The notes beneath the pieces were generated by a model, which saw only the letters and a program-made list of their open reading frames with translations, ran no database searches and was not told the DNA's origin. This document shows, one piece after another, positions 40,171-54,541 of a DNA stretch of 64,000 nucleotides; position 1 is the first letter of the stretch; each line of letters begins with the position of its first letter. Origin of the DNA: Lama guanicoe (taxonomy: Eukaryota); the NCBI GenBank assembly GCA_013239625.1, contig MU054098.1, forward strand, positions 2,977,104 to 3,041,103. Reading direction: 5' to 3'. A program made the position numbers and the translations under genes.

Positions 40171-42384
40171 GTGTCTTTTGATTGAATTGATCTGTTTAAC
40201 CCCACAATGGAAACTTGAATAATTGTACCTTTATTATATTCTGTTTGAGGAGCTCATTTATTTTTCAGGTCATCCAACTCATTCTCACAACAATTTTCTG
40301 AAATAAAGCATAGATAAATCAATTTTATTTTTATAGCTGAAGATGCTAAGAAATAGAGGTAAAGTAAATACCCAAGAAACACAATAAATACATATGTGAG
40401 CCTGGACTAGAACTCAACTCAGGTCTTGATACCAATTCATTGCTTTTTAAGGTTTATTTTATCTTAGAAGTTGGGTTTCAGAGTGCTCTACTAATTCAGG
40501 GTCAAATGTGATTACTTCTTTAATATGATAATGGTGCCCCAGCCTTGGTGTGTTTAGGATTAAGTTATTGTTAACTTTTCTTTGAATTATTTGGATATTC
40601 CAATAATGCATCTTTAGTGCTTCATACATGAATAATGCTTAGTTTTATCTGGAAAGTGCTGGATGAAAAGTATACTGTAGGGACAGAGCAGATGTGGTAA
40701 GCGCAACATAAATTTAAACAGTCTGTGGCAGGGCAGTATTAAAATAAATTACTGACACCTCCTACCCAGATGACTAGCCCACTAGCTCACTTGGGACACA
40801 GCAGTGAATCCCTGCCACAATCCTAGGCTAGAATTTGGCGCTCTTGGACAGTAAGCATTCTAATGACCGGCCAAAAGAAATCTGACTGAAAATTAGCTGT
40901 TGATTCATTGCCCCGTGGTTGTAGATGGCAAGGAGCATGATTGGAGAGAAAGGAGACTTCAGCCTGGGGGCAAGGAGTCGGTCATCAGTTAAACAGCTCC
41001 GTTCAAAAGTAGTTTCAATTTAATCTCCTGATTTCTGCTTCACTACAATGAATATTCTGCAAGCAAGTCTGGTTGGATGACTTTAAGACAAAAAGAATAA
41101 AAATATGACAAGGACTTATTTTTAGACTCTAGCAAACAAGGACACAGCACCATATTTTGGAGAATTGATTCAGGATGCTATAGAGTGAGTGTATTTTTGC
41201 CTCCAAGGAGCAGAAAGCCAGTTCCCAAGAAAGCTGTGTTCTCCATCTGCCTTTATTTGGCTCTGCCCTCTGGGACGGATCTATAGATGGAGTTTCCAGG
41301 CTCTGAGAAGCTGAGAGCATCTCCAGTCTATCAATTGAGCCCATTGTTCTTAGTTCTCCCACACACTATAAACCTCCTTTCTCTGAACTCAAAGAGTTCT
41401 CTTTGTGCTTAGATCATCCAAAGCTCAAGATGCAGCAGTATAAACAAGAAACATTTTCTTACAGCGTCAGTTGTATTGCTTTTCCTATCTTCAGGGTCAG
41501 TGCTGAGTGCAGTTATGCACAGTTACTCACGCAAGATGTAGAAGCTGTGGCTTTGGTCAGAGCAACATTCGTTCATTCATTCATTCAGTCTACAAACATT
41601 TACTGAGCACCTACTAAGCTTTGTGCTAAACTCCTGGGAGTTTCCAGTTTAGGGTGATGTGGTTAAAAAAGTGATAAAGATATGATCTTACACTCTAGGA
41701 TCTCACTCAGCCTCAACCATAGCAGAGACGTCTCCAAGGGTGGAGCAGAGTGGAGGCAGCGAGCATGCAAGAAGCAGTCTGACTCACTGACTGCAGTGGG
41801 CATCTGAATCCTCCCCTCCGTATGTGGGAGAGGTCATGGTTAAGGGCCATGACTTCACGTGGCTCTGGTTTTCTAGGGCCTGGATAAAAACAAAACTTCA
41901 ATTTAGAGTCCTGACAACTCGTGACTTGCTCTCTATGTCACCCTGCTTCTGGCCTTACATGGGACATTATTTATGCACACACTGTCACAATGCATGTGCA
42001 TGCTTCTAACCCACTCAGTCATCTGAGGAGTCAGAGGGCACATGGATCAGGATTTATATAAACACAAGCTATTCAGTGTGGCTTTTTCTTCCCACCCAGG
42101 CTAAATTGGAGAAGTCCTGACAGGGTAATGTCAGATACAAAGCATTTCTCTCTTTGATTTTTCTTACGATGTGCACAGATAGTGTGTCTATTTTGACATT
42201 AATAGTTAACTTGATGAATATTAAGTAACAGATGGAAGAACTGTTTGTTCTTGTATTAAAAAATCAATACTTTGCCTTTTCCTATGTCAATAAGTAAGGA
42301 ATTCAAGTCAATATCTATAAATTGAGAAAGATTTTCCTTGTTCACTTTGAAACAAGCAACCACGTTTTTCACAATTTTTATTTA

Positions 42385-42815
42385 TTTTTATTCCCCCCCC
42401 CAGTTTTCTTGAGACATAATTGACATATAGCACTATATATAAGTTTAAGGTGTAGCACAAAATGACTTGACTGACATACATTATAAAATGATTACCACAA
42501 TAAGTTAACATCCATTATCTCATAGAGATCAAAAAAAGGTTTTTTCCTTGTGAAGAGAACTAAGGATCTCCTTTCTTAACAACTCTCTTACATATCCTAC
42601 AACATTGCTAACTATAGTCATCATGTTGTACCTTACATCCCCAATACTTATTTATCCTATAACTGGAAGTTTGTACATTTTGACCACCTTTTTCCAGATC
42701 CCCTTCCCTCCCAGCACCCACTTCTGGTAACCACAAATATGATCTCTTTTTCTGTGAGTTTGGTTTTTGGTTTGTTTCGATTCCACATATAGGTGAGATC
42801 ATACAATATTTCACA
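42385..42815 (-). mobile_element. Older L1 3' end
   Basis: Antisense L1 3'UTR text including GATTCCACATATAGGTGAGATCATAC. Confidence 0.75.
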
Positions 42816-43529
42816 GTTTTTGTTGTTCTGCAAAGTTTGGTGTCTCTGTGTTCCCGCTCCAGTACTCCTTGAACTGATCAACTCTATTCCAAAGTAAAGA
42901 AAAGTAGGATAAAGTAATGAGTATGTGCTACATCATGAAATAACCCAAGGAAATCCAACCTTAATATTTTATTCAAGCCTTCAACAAATATTCATTTAAC
43001 AAATTCTCTGTGCCAAGTGTTTTGCTAGATGCTGGTAAGACAGCAGGGACTAAAACATAGTTTCTCCCCTCAGAGAACTCAACTGGAGACAGAAAAGGTT
43101 GGGGAAATAGCTGGGAAGTGTGGTGAAGAATGAGATTAACATTCCGTGACAGAAAGGGTGGAATAGACAGAATCAGGGAGAAAGTTGTATAGTCCCATGA
43201 GAGACGAAGAGTCAAGTAAGAGAAGATGGAGCCATGTGAGTCTGGGCCTAGGGAAAGAAGTCTGACATGCTGTGGTATTTAGGGTCGAAAAATGTTAAAT
43301 GGCCTTCTACTCTTTTGTTCACCAACATGGACAGTAAGCCAGCTCTGGACTCTGAATAAATTATGTTCACCGATACTCCATGTATTACGTGAAGCTCTAC
43401 CTTTCAAACATGAAAAGGGAAAAACCACAAAGCTGTTTACAACATTAAAGCCAAACAAGTGAACTGATATGTGAAAATTTATACATGATTATAATTTATT
43501 TAACTAATATTTTTTTCTGATTAAGTTCC

Positions 43530-44222
43530 TTTTAAAACAATTTTTATGGCAGTATAGTTGATGTACAGTAATAGTATATGTTACTGGTGTGCAATATAGT
43601 GATTCACAATTTTTAAAGGTTATATTCCATTTATGGTTATTATAAAATATTGGCTATATTTCCTGTGTTGTACAATATATCCTTGTAGCTTATTTTATAT
43701 CTAATAGTCTATACCTCTTAATCCCCTACCTCTGCATTGCCCCTCCTGCCTCTTCCCACTGGTAACCATTAATTTGTTCTCTGTATCTCTGAGTCTGTTT
43801 CTTTTCTGTTATAGTCACTAGTTTGTTGTATTTTTTAGATTCCACTAAAAGTATATCATACAGTATTTATCTTTTTTCTGTCTGACTTATTTCACTTGGT
43901 ATAATACCCTCCATACACACACAAACACACACACACACACACCACATCTTCCTTATCCATTCATCTGTTGATGGACATGTAGGTTGCTTCCATATTTTGT
44001 CTATTGTAAATAGTGCTCCTATGAACATTGGGGTGCATGTATCTTTTCCAATTAGTGTTTGTGTTTCTTTCGGATATGTATCAAAGAGTGGAATTGCTGG
44101 GTCATATGGTAAGTCTATTTTGAGTTTTTTGAGAAACCTCCATACTGTTTTCCAGAGTAGCTGCACTTATTTACATTCCCACCAACAGTGTACAAGGGTT
44201 CCCTTTTCTCCACATCCTTGCT
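43530..44222 (-). mobile_element. L1 ORF2 C-terminus plus 3'UTR, degenerate, with (CA)n insertion
   Basis: Minus-strand translation [24 protein letters not shown]...[12 protein letters not shown]. Confidence 0.88.
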
Positions 44223-44699
44223 AAGTGGCTCTAATTTTATTTGATGACTTGAGCTCATATGTAGAGCAACGTTAAAAAAAAAAAGGGAAATGTGGCCCTT
44301 GCAATCAGCGTTCTCTTCCATGCCCCTAAATGTACTAGCTATAAATTTGGTGAAATCCCATTCGATTTAAAATCTGAAATCAACCCACATTAACAAAAAA
44401 TGTCAACAGAAACATAAGCATTCTCCTATTCGCAGATGATATTATTATCACAAACTAGGAGTGGTCTTAGTAAACAAATGTCTCAGTTAATTATTGTTAG
44501 AAAGAAAGGCTACATATCAATTTTCCTAAAAACAAATTGTCATTTTCAGTAGATGCTCCCAACTTCTTGGTGGTAAGTAGTGTAAATAATTTCATAAAGC
44601 AAGTACTTCATGTTATATTCTGCAGCTAGTATATCTGGGAGGACACATAGGTAAATTAAATTTCTTAAAGTCAGATGGTTTTTGGGTACTTACTGAGTT

Positions 44700-44724
44700 T
44701 GTGTGTGTGTGTGTGTGTGTGTGT
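44700..44724. repeat. (TG)n microsatellite
   Basis: Seen directly in the sequence. Confidence 0.95.
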
Positions 44725-44874
44725 ACATTGTTTGTTTGTTAGTTCTTTCACTTTTAGTAGCTTAAATGGTTACAGTCACTTTCAAATATTTCCAGGTTAA
44801 AATTTTTTTTTAAAATATCATGCTTTATGACATGGGCTTTTGATGGCCTTTTTGTCTCAGTGTTAAAGAAGGCC

Positions 44875-45025
44875 CAAAATAACAATATGAAAAGAATCTG
44901 AAAAAGAACAGATATATATTCTTTTATATATAATATATATATATATAAAAACTGAATCACTATGCTGTACACCAGGGACTAACACAACATTGTAAATTGA
45001 CTATACTTCAGTTAAAAAATAAAAG
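44875..45025 (+). mobile_element. L1 3' end
   Basis: AACTGAATCACTATGCTGTACACCAG...ACATTGTAAATTGACTATACTTCA followed by an A-rich tail. Confidence 0.75.
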
Positions 45026-45479
45026 AATCTTGGCCCAGTCTTCAGGCAACCACACCTCCAACAATAATAGATACGCTTTATTGAGCCCTCTGCAAAGAAC
45101 TTTCCACGTCTTATCTCATTTAATGCTCACATTAGTCCTATGAGGCAGAAGCAGCTATTATCCCTCAACTCCAGGCTGGAGCCACGTGTCATTATTGGTC
45201 CCATCAGTTTGAATGTGAGGATGGCCGTTCTATCCCAGTTCAGCTGACTGCTAAAGCTGCAGAGCTGAGCTGCATCCAGGTGTTTGGCAGGAAGTCGAAC
45301 CCCAGTCATGACAGCTCAGTCCCTACCAGAGTGTCCACTGAGGGAAGCAGTAGTTATGAAGGATAACTCGAAGGGAGTGTAGTCCATTCATTCCCTAGTC
45401 ACCTCTGCAGATGTTTGATTGTGCAACCCTGCAATAAAATGTCTTGGAACCCACACAAGCCCACCTTCCCCTGCCCCAC

Positions 45480-45645
45480 GACCTTGCTGCTTAAAGTGTG
45501 GTCTGAGGACCAGCAACATTGGTATCACCCAGGAGCTAGTTAGAAACACGGAATCTCAGGCCCTGCTCTGGAGCTACTGCATCAGACACTGCACTTTAAC
45601 AAGATCCCAGGATGATGTCTGTACACACTAAAATTTGAGAAGATT
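45480..45645. mobile_element. MER5A-like hAT MITE
   Basis: AAAGTGTGGTC...GACCAGCA..CATT..TATCACC..GGAGCT.GTTAGAAA...GAATCTCAGGCCC...TTTAACAAGATCCCAG. Confidence 0.7.
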
Positions 45646-45670
45646 TTCTGTAGGTAATATATACAAATGT

Positions 45671-46600
45671 AGAATTGCTTGTTTAGGTCTTCTGCCCATT
45701 TTTGGATTGGCAGAAGAAATACAAATGATCAATAGGCACATGAAAAAATGCTCCATATCACTAATTATCAGAGAAATGCAAATCAAAACTACAATGAGGT
45801 ATCACATCACACCAGTCAGAATGGCCATCATTCAAAAGTTCACAAATGACGAATGCTGGAGAGGCTGTGGAGAAAGGAGAACCCTCCTACACTGCTGGTG
45901 GGAATGCAGTTTGGTGCAGCCACTATGGAAAACAGTGTGGAGATTCCTCAAAAGATTAGGAATAGATTTACCATATGACCCAGGAATCCCTCTCCTGGGC
46001 ATATATCCAGAAGAAATCCTACTTCAAAAAGACACCTGCACCCCAGTGTTCATAGCAGCACTATTTACAATAGCCAAGACATGGAAACAGCCTAAATGTC
46101 TATTGACAGATGACTGGATAAAGAAGATCTGGTATATTTATACAATGGAATACTATTCAGCCATAAAAACCGACAACATAATGCCATTTGCAGCAACATG
46201 GATGCTCCTGGAGAATGTCATTCTGAGTGAAGTAAGGCAGAAAGAGAAAGAAAAATACCATATGAGATCGCTCATATGTGGAATCTAAAAACAAAACAAA
46301 ACATAACAAAACATAAATACAAAACAGAAACAGACTCATAGACATAGAATACAAACTTGTGGTTGCCAAGGGGATGGGGGGTGGGAAGGGATAGACTGGG
46401 ATTTCAAAATGTAGAATAGATAAACAAGATTATACTGTATAGCACAGGGAAATATATACAAGATCTTATGGTAGCTCACAGAGAAAAAAATGTGGCAATG
46501 AATATATATATGTTCGTGTATAAATGAAAAATTGTGTTCTACACTGAAATTTGACACAACATTGTAAAATGATTATAAATCAATAAAAAATGTTTAAAAA
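45671..46600 (+). mobile_element. Young L1 3' fragment with 5' inversion (twin priming), 16-bp TSD
   Basis: TSD AATATATACAAATGTA at 45656-45671 and 46600-46615. 45671-45710 is the reverse complement of L1 sequence seen at ~10812-10851, and the rest matches ~10860-11750. Confidence 0.95.
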
Positions 46601-46619
46601 ATATATACAAATGTATTAA

Positions 46620-47500
46620 AATGCATGACATACTTATGTTTAAAATATTAATGATATTCAACTATACTAATATATGCATTATAAAGCGGCAAAACAGAAC
46701 ATTTAAAAGTATGAGAGAAATGTGAAATAATATTTTAAAATAAGCTTTCTTTGATTACATATGTAAACTTATCTCTTATTTGAAACATATCATTATAAAT
46801 ATTTTAGTGAGAACAGTGCAATTGAATATGCCTCATTAATTTTGAAGTGATGGCTTAAAATTTGGAATATGGAGTTCAGTTTAAACTAACGCTTGGTGCC
46901 AAAGAATGCCATTGCTGGAAACGACATCTCCCAAAGATTCATCTATATAAATGGCTGCAGTGGGATATCAGCTGTGCTCAGTAAATCATGTTACTAACTT
47001 TTCAGTCTCACTCTGTAGTTATGCAAAAGATTTTTGTTAAAAATTGGCAATTAAATTTCCACTCTCCCTGACATCAATCAGTAGCTCTTGCACACTGAAA
47101 TAGTTTTACAAACGAGTTCAAGCTATTGGAGCAGACCATTCTAGGCACATTTATTATATCCCATTACATTTTTGTTTAAACAGCTGGGCAAAGAGGTGAC
47201 ATACATAGTTCTCAGAAACAAAATCACGAGATGATGAAAACATTTTCAAATAGCTATTATCCAAATGCTCCCTCTAAGGCGTATTTCTTTGAAAAACACT
47301 TCCTTTCTCACTCATTCTTACAAAGGTATCTTTCCTTGCCAAATAGGCTGAGTCACGACATCAGAGTAAATCTTTATATTAGATACTAATAAGACAATTT
47401 CTTTCTTCTTTTAAGATTAAAAATTAATATAAATACTAGTTCTAATGGATCATGTTGGAGTCTCATGGAGTACACACATCCCACATTAGAGACCATGCTG
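46620..47500 (-). mobile_element. hAT/Charlie DNA transposon fossil
   Basis: Minus-strand translation near 46885-46965 reads PLQPFI*MNLWEMSFPAMAFFGTKR*FKLN, a decayed hAT dimerisation motif (LLPF.STYLCE..FS.M..IKTK.RN.L). Boundaries are approximate. Confidence 0.6.
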
Positions 47501-49619
47501 TGTAGCAGTTTTCCCAAATCATTTTGAGTATGAAAATCTCCTTTTGAGGTCAAAACTTTTCTCAGGCCTCCACCATGACAGTGGCTGTACTTTTTGCATC
47601 AACTGATTGAGAAAACATTTAAAATTTACTATGAATTCAGTAACATTCTTTTAAAATGTTTTCTTATAGAAAGTTTCAAATATACACAAAAGTAGAGAAT
47701 GGGGCAATCAGCTCCGTGAATCCTTTATTCCACTTCAACAGTGATCAGCATTCAACAACTCTTTAAAGCCAGTTTCTATTTTATTGCTGTCCACACATGA
47801 AGGCATCCATTCATTTATTTTACCGACAATCCTTGGTGTTCAGATGGATATGGTGACTCCTCGCAGAAAGGCCACCATTTTCTACATGTGGACAGAGGAG
47901 CAAAGCTTCGAGAACTGTTCCATTCTAGAGTCTAAAATCTCATGATTTAAGCCAGATCAAGAGGTGGCAACATACTTGAATCGTTTCATATTGGCCCCCA
48001 TGGATTATTTTTAGTGAATTGTTCTGCTTTGTGATGTCAGTGACCTGACATATATCAAGGGGCATTTTTAAAAAGCAGTCCTACGCAACTGTGACTGTGT
48101 TTACTATGGGCATGTTTTTGTGGGTGTCATTTATGATACTATATTTATCCAGAAGGCTACAGTGGAGATATTTGTCTGCAATCTCTGTATCAAAAAGAGC
48201 TGTGCTTTATCTGCGTGCTAGAGTAAGGCAGACTCATGATCCCTGATGTGCTTTGGATGTTTTTCTGGAGCACATTCAAGCACCTTAGTAATTGAATCCA
48301 CTTCTGAGGTGTTGAAACCATTCCAAAACAACCTCTTGCTTTGTTGGGTTCTTTTTCTTTCTCTCTTTCCCCTCTCGTCTCTGGAGGTGCACAGGGTAGT
48401 CAGAATTGAAAGATGAAGAAAGAAAACAGTTCTAGGTCTGTTTTTTACCCCCAGCCTTCACTTCAAACTCCAGAATTCAGAAACCTTTAAAAGACTGCAC
48501 TTAGATGTGATTTTGGAGTGAGTTACTACATGGATTCAAGTGAATTAACATCTCTCAAACAGATCTGGGCAGATTTGATACTCCAACTGTAATAAGAATT
48601 CCAGGCTCTTTGTCATTTTAATACATCATCCTGGAAGATACCCTGTCTGGCATACAATTCTAGAAATAGATATAAATTTGAATTAAGATGGCTCCATGCC
48701 CAAAGCTTTTATTTTCACAGGTTAGGGAGGCTTTTACAGTGTTCCTTACCCTCCCTCCCATAATAAAAGCCTAGGGGAGCGAATTCCCAGGGCTCTTCCC
48801 CACATCCCAGCATTCAGCAATTGTTTCAAGGATTATAAAAAAAAAAGATACAAATAAGATTTTAATGCAATTCAACTTTGAAAGGCATATGCCATACATT
48901 TTTAGGAAAAGAGGATGAGATAAGCTAAAAGAAAAAAGCAATAATTTTTCAGTTCTAAAATATCTGGGAATTATTGCTTTAAAAAGAGTGAATCTATTGT
49001 AGGCTCTCCCTCATTCCCTCCGCCTCTACCTTGATGATGATAGAGGCACAGTGATGTCCCCAGGAGTGGGTTTTGCTGTGACCCCTATGTTGATACTCAT
49101 GGCCTCTTCTCTGTAGTGTTCTTGCACCTCATTCTCCCAGCCTGAGTCCTCACCTTGTACACCACATATACTAGGACAAAAGTCATTTATGACTCCAGCC
49201 CCCTCCTAGGAGTGTGGCTCAAGAGTTGCCTTACCAGTTGGTCCACCACCTTCTCAGATACTCTGTTTCCGGTAAATGGTGATAGGCCTTTTAACGGACG
49301 CTGGCAAACCTACCAGAGCCTCTCTAGATTTGTTTACTGTTCTCTGCACTCTGCTCACTCTACTAGAGTGTAAATAAATTACTTGTTTCACCAGACAATC
49401 CTGAAATAGAATAACAGCAAGCACATGCAACTTTTGCTGTGTGCTGGCATTATTCTTAGTGCTTTGCAGATATTAACTCATGCAAGCTTCATAACAAGCC
49501 AGAGGTCAGTACTATTATTATCATCATTTGGACTTTAGAAATGAAGAAACTGAGGCATAGATAGAAGTTACATACATTGCCCAAAGTTACTAGCTGCTAA
49601 GTGGTGGAACTAAGACTTT

Positions 49620-49970
49620 TAAGAACCACTTTATTGAGGTCTGATTGACATACAAGAAGCAGTAGATATTTACTATATTGCAAGTTGATGTGTTTGGAAA
49701 TAAGTATACATTGTGAAATCATCATCACTATCAATGCCATAAAATTAGCCATCAACTCTGAAAGTTTCCTCTGCCCCATTTGTTTTTCCTTTTGTGATAA
49801 GAACACTTAACATAAGATGTACCTTCTTAGCAAAATTTTATGTATACAATGCAGTACTGTTAATCCCTATGTTGTAAAGTAGATTTCCAAACTTATTTAT
49901 TTTGCATAACTGAAACTCTGTAGCCTTGACCGGCACCTCTCCATTTCCCCTTCCCTACCCCCAGCCTCTG
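49620..49970 (-). mobile_element. Older L1 3' end
   Basis: Antisense L1M-type 3'UTR text. Confidence 0.65.
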
Positions 49971-50450
49971 ACAAGATTTAAGTCTAGGTAGTCAGATTCC
50001 AGAGTCTTTGCACTTAAGCACTGCCCTATGGTCCTCCCAGCATGGGACAAACCCTATCATAGGGGAGCAGGGCTTTAAAATTAAGAAAAACATTTTATAT
50101 ATAAACATTTTATATAAACTGTCCTGTTTGTTCTGGGAGAGGGTTATGTTGAGGACAAAATGAGATTAGTGAGAACAGGATGCTGAGGGTCAGAAAAGGC
50201 TAATCAGATCTTGGAATACCCCGTTCCTGCTACGAGGAAGAACCTCACAGCGTAAATGTCACTGTGCAACTTATGTAGCCACAGATTGCAGAACAAGCTT
50301 TATCAAAAAATAAACAGCTGAAAAATACACACTACATAAAACACTATCACATAATTTAAGGGGATATCAGCATGTTTAAAGACTACTAAATACACTAGGG
50401 TGGGTGCCTGGGATGGAAGAAGAAAATGGGAGTAGGAATCATGGGAGAAA

Positions 50451-50870
50451 TGTTACAGAAACCTGATTCCCATTGAGAGACCAAGCAACACTCAGAGGGT
50501 TGGAGAACTCAGGTTTATTATGCGGGCGGGCCCAAAGGAGTTAACACTCCATGCTCTGGACCCCGACTGTAGGTTTACACAGGCTTTTATAGGGCTTTAG
50601 GTTTTGATTAAGTTTGTGCCATATGCTAATGAGGTGTTAGAAACAGACCAATCAGGAGTGAGCTTTTGGGAACCAATGGAATTTTAAGGGTAAACACAAA
50701 TGAGGTGATAGAAATGGACCAATCAGGAGTGAGCTTTTGGGAACTAATAGAATTTTAGGGGTAAGTTTCCTTTTCCTAGAAGCAAGCCGTTTTACAGAAG
50801 CGCAAAAGTGGGAAGGCAATGGCCCTGCCTGGGAGGTATTGCTGATCCCTTTGTGGGTTTTTCCCCTTCA
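50451..50870 (-). mobile_element. ERV1-type solo LTR, same family as 8827-11863
   Basis: TGTTACAG...CCCCTTCA; shares ACACTCAGAGGGTTGGAGAACTCAGGTTTATTATG and the duplicated CCAAT-containing units with the other copy. Confidence 0.85.
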
Positions 50871-51239
50871 GAAGGAAAAACAGAAACAGGGAGAGAGACA
50901 GACAGACCTTGCCTGGAATGGTGATGAAAATTTACTAAGAACTGAGGAGTGTGATCAACTCAAGTTTCAGCCACCTGAGGTCCAAATTAAACAGTTGCCC
51001 TGCAATGGACTCCTTTACTCTTGAGGATGCTCATACTTTTTCTGGTTGGATATATAGTGTTGGATTCATGTTATGCTAAGTAGGACTAAAATCTAGGAGG
51101 TGTCTGTGTAGGAATGAACTTTAATGTAGCCATGGCTTCACTGGGAAATGACCAGGCTCTTCCTTGCTTCTTCTTTTCTTTGTGGTTAGACATGAAAATA
51201 AACTGAGATCTCAGGTTATCTGTGTGTGATAGATTACTT

Positions 51240-52430
51240 TCTAACAATTTTATGGAGATAAAATTTGCAGACGAACAACTGACCCATTGAAAGTGTCCAA
51301 TTCATTGGGTTTTAGTATGTTCACAGAGTTGTGCAACCATCACTACAATCAATTTTAAAACATTTCCATCACCCCCTCCTGGCAAAAAAAACCCATATCC
51401 CATTCTTTCACCCATGGCCCTTTCAGCCCCAGGCAAACACTAATCTACTTTCTGTCTTTAAGAATTTTGTCTATTCTTGATAGTTTGTATAAATAATATC
51501 ATATAATATGTGGTCTTTTGCAACTGGCTTCTTTCCCTTAGCATAATATTTTTGAGGTTTATCCATGTTGTACCATATATCAGTGATTTGTTCCTTTTTG
51601 CAAATAATATAACTTCCAATTGCTGAATAACATATCCAATTATCAAATAATATATATTCCACTGTATGGATATACCACATTTGATCTATTTTTCATTTAA
51701 TGGACATTCGGGTTTTTTTTTTCCACTTTGGGGCTATTATGAATAACGCTGCAATAAACATCACTGTACACGTTTTTGTGAAAACATATATACCTAAGAG
51801 TAAAATTGCTGAATCATGTGGTAATTCTGTTTAACTTTTTGAGGGTCTGCCAGATTGCTTTCCACAGTGGCTGCAACATTCTATATTCCCAACAGCAATG
51901 TATCAAAGTTCTGATTTCTCCACATCCTTGTCAAAACTTATTATTTGACTTCTTGATTATAGCTATCTTAGTGGGTGTGAAGTGATACCTCATTATGGTT
52001 TGATTTGCATTTCCCTCGTGAAAAATATATACTTATTGTATGTTATATTTATTGGTCATTTGTATATCTTTGAAGAAATAGCTTTTCAGATCCTTTGCCC
52101 ACTTTTAAATTGGGTTATTTGGGGTTGTCTTTTTATTTTGGAGTTGTAAGAATACTTTATATATTCTAGCTACAAATCCCTTATGAATACATGATTTTCA
52201 AATGTTTTCTCCCATTCAGAGTTGCCTTTTCAGTTATAAAAATTTTTTTGTGGGGGGCGGTAATTAGGTTTATTTGTTTATATTTGGAGGAGGTACTGGG
52301 GGTTGAACCCAGGATATATCTATCTTTGTGATTTCTCCTTTTATCTTTTGGTTATTTAGGTAAGTGTTGTTTAACTTCCACATATTTGTGAATTTCCTAA
52401 ATTTCCTTCTGTTGTTGATTTTTAAGACAG
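51240..52430 (-). mobile_element. Old L1 (L1M-type) ORF2 end plus 3'UTR
   Basis: GGTTTGATTTGCATTTCCCT and TTCTCCACATCCTTGTCAA, with degenerate ORF2-like peptides on the - strand. Confidence 0.8.
52243..52314 (-). mobile_element. 5'-truncated Vic-1-like SINE inside an old L1
   Basis: GGTAATTAGGTTTATTT...GGAGGTACTGGGGGTTGAACCCAGG, shared with the other copies. Confidence 0.75.
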
Positions 52431-54011
52431 AATTCAACAAATTAGACTATGCTCTGAGGTCAGTGCTCAGAAACCAAAGAATCATCCTAGACTCTGCCTT
52501 CAGGACCCACACATAGACCTTACCATTCTACCTTTTTTTTCTCATTACAACTGAAATCTGAATGACTGCATAGCCTCCTCTCTGCTCTTCCTGCCTCTGT
52601 TCTAGCCCCCAATCTATCGTCCTCACTAGCGGTAGAGGACCCTTTAAAAAGGCAATTCTTATCTCCAGTAACTTTCTGTTTGAAACTCTGTTGAAAGCCT
52701 TCATTGTTACTGACTCCTGTGTAGCCTCCCTCCTCCTCCTCTTCCTCTTCCTCCTCCTCTCCCATAGCCCTGTCACCCCATCCCCCCATCCCTCCCATAA
52801 TAAGATGCAGTCCTTCTCTGCCTCTCCCACTGTCAAGGGACTCTTTGCTGAAAGAATAACATTGCCTGAGCTTCCTTCACTGAATTATTCATCTTTGCTG
52901 CCTGGGCATGACAAAACTTCTCATTAAAAGCCCCGGGTGGGGGTCACCCACCTGGCCCCCACCCACACGCTTAGCCAGAGAGAAAGCCAAGGGGAGGAAG
53001 AGATGCGGGTGCCGGGACAGGAGGGTCCCACAAAGGGCCTGTGAGACCTGGGGACTCGGGGTGGGGGGGGGATTGGTGGTGATGGGACCAGCGTGCTGAT
53101 CAGGGGTGGCATCCTTCTCAAAAGCGTTGGACCAACACGGAAGGCCTGATCCCACCCTGCTTCTCAGCCTTAGAATGTTCTAGTGCTGAGCAGTCAAAGC
53201 AGTACTGTCGTGGGATTGAAGAGAGCTCAGCCTCTGTGTCTGCCATTAGGACTCTGCGTGGCTAGGTAAAGTAGGACAAGTTAGCCCTGTTGTACCCAGA
53301 GGGACAGAGCCATGAGGGAAAGTGAGACAGACTGGGGAGAGGAGACCTAATTTCTGGTTCCTGATCTGCCGTTAGCCGGCTGTGTGACCCTGGGCACAGC
53401 ACTTGACTTCTCTGCGTCTGAGTCTTTACTCGTACAAGGGAGGGAGCACATATTTTGTGGCAGTTCAGGGCGTGGGTTCTGGAGCCAGGCTGCCCTGCCC
53501 GGGTTCACATCCCAGCTCTGCCTCTTCCAAGGTACATGACAGTGACAAACTTGTTTAGCCTAAGAAAGCCTCAGTCTTCTCATCTGCGAAATAGGGACAA
53601 CAATAGTGCCCAGCTCAAGAGACTGCTGCAGTTTACACACAGCCTTGAGAGACACTCGGTAGACGGTAGCTATGTGCCCCTCACCAGAGAGCCTCACTCT
53701 CCAGAGTTTGATCTGTTGAACGGTGAACTTTTAGGTCTGTCGTGTGTCCCACTGTTCAAGTTACTGGGACCCAGCTTTTCGCTCCGGAGGGAGCGTGGCA
53801 TTCTGGCGACAAGAAGATGTGATTTGCAGGTTGTCTGAGCCAGCCCTTCAGAATACGCGTCCATGGATGCACACGGCCTGTGATTTCCTGCAAACGCTCA
53901 CTCGAGGGGCCCTTGTCACTTTCAAGGCAGCCTGGAGACACTGCCGTGGAGACAGTGCTCCCGGGTCTCCAGGCCATTCGCCCAGGACTCTGCATGCGGC
54001 AGGGAAAGGGC

Positions 54012-54541
54012 TGTGGGGGAGGAAAACTATTTCCCCTCTACCCTTCTAGGTTCTAGGCTGACACCCCCTGTAATAAAAGACAGATTAACAGCAGAAAAGC
54101 AAGCAGACGCTTAATAAGCTGTAGACCTCCTGGATCCATGGCAGAGACCCAGGGAATCTGACTCCCCGAAATGGTCCAGGCCACCAACTTAAACATCATT
54201 TCCAGCTTAAAAAAAGATGATGGAGCGGGTGGGGGAGAGCCAGGTATGGGAGGTTTTCAGGAAAAGCACAGTGATCAAGGGTAAGTCTGCTATGCAGATT
54301 CACGTTGTTGCCTTCGCTATTGATAAGTTCTAGAGATTTAGTCATCCTTCTCTTCCTGGTTCAGAAAGGGTGACACCCTTACAAATGGGGGGTTTCCCTG
54401 GCAAGTGTCTCTTACAAAAGGGTGACGTCTACTCGGTTCTCAAAGCTTTTCCTAGGTCTGCTGGTTCTTAAAAAGAATCAGCCTAAAATAATCCTTATGC
54501 CAAAGAGACACATTTTGGAGTGGCTAAGTCTGCCCCCCTCT
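54012..54541 (-). mobile_element. ERV1 (MER4/MER41-group-like) solo LTR
   Basis: Contains the group-typical end AAAATAATCCTTATGCCAAAGAGACACATTTTGG. Family assigned from memory. Confidence 0.6.

Noticed and set aside
45635..46288. 217-aa ORF as a gene
   Set aside because: L1 ORF2 C-terminus read through the inversion junction from a non-ATG start.
52520..52836. Poly-Glu and Arg-rich ORFs
   Set aside because: Translation of a (CCT/CTT)n low-complexity tract, with no gene structure.
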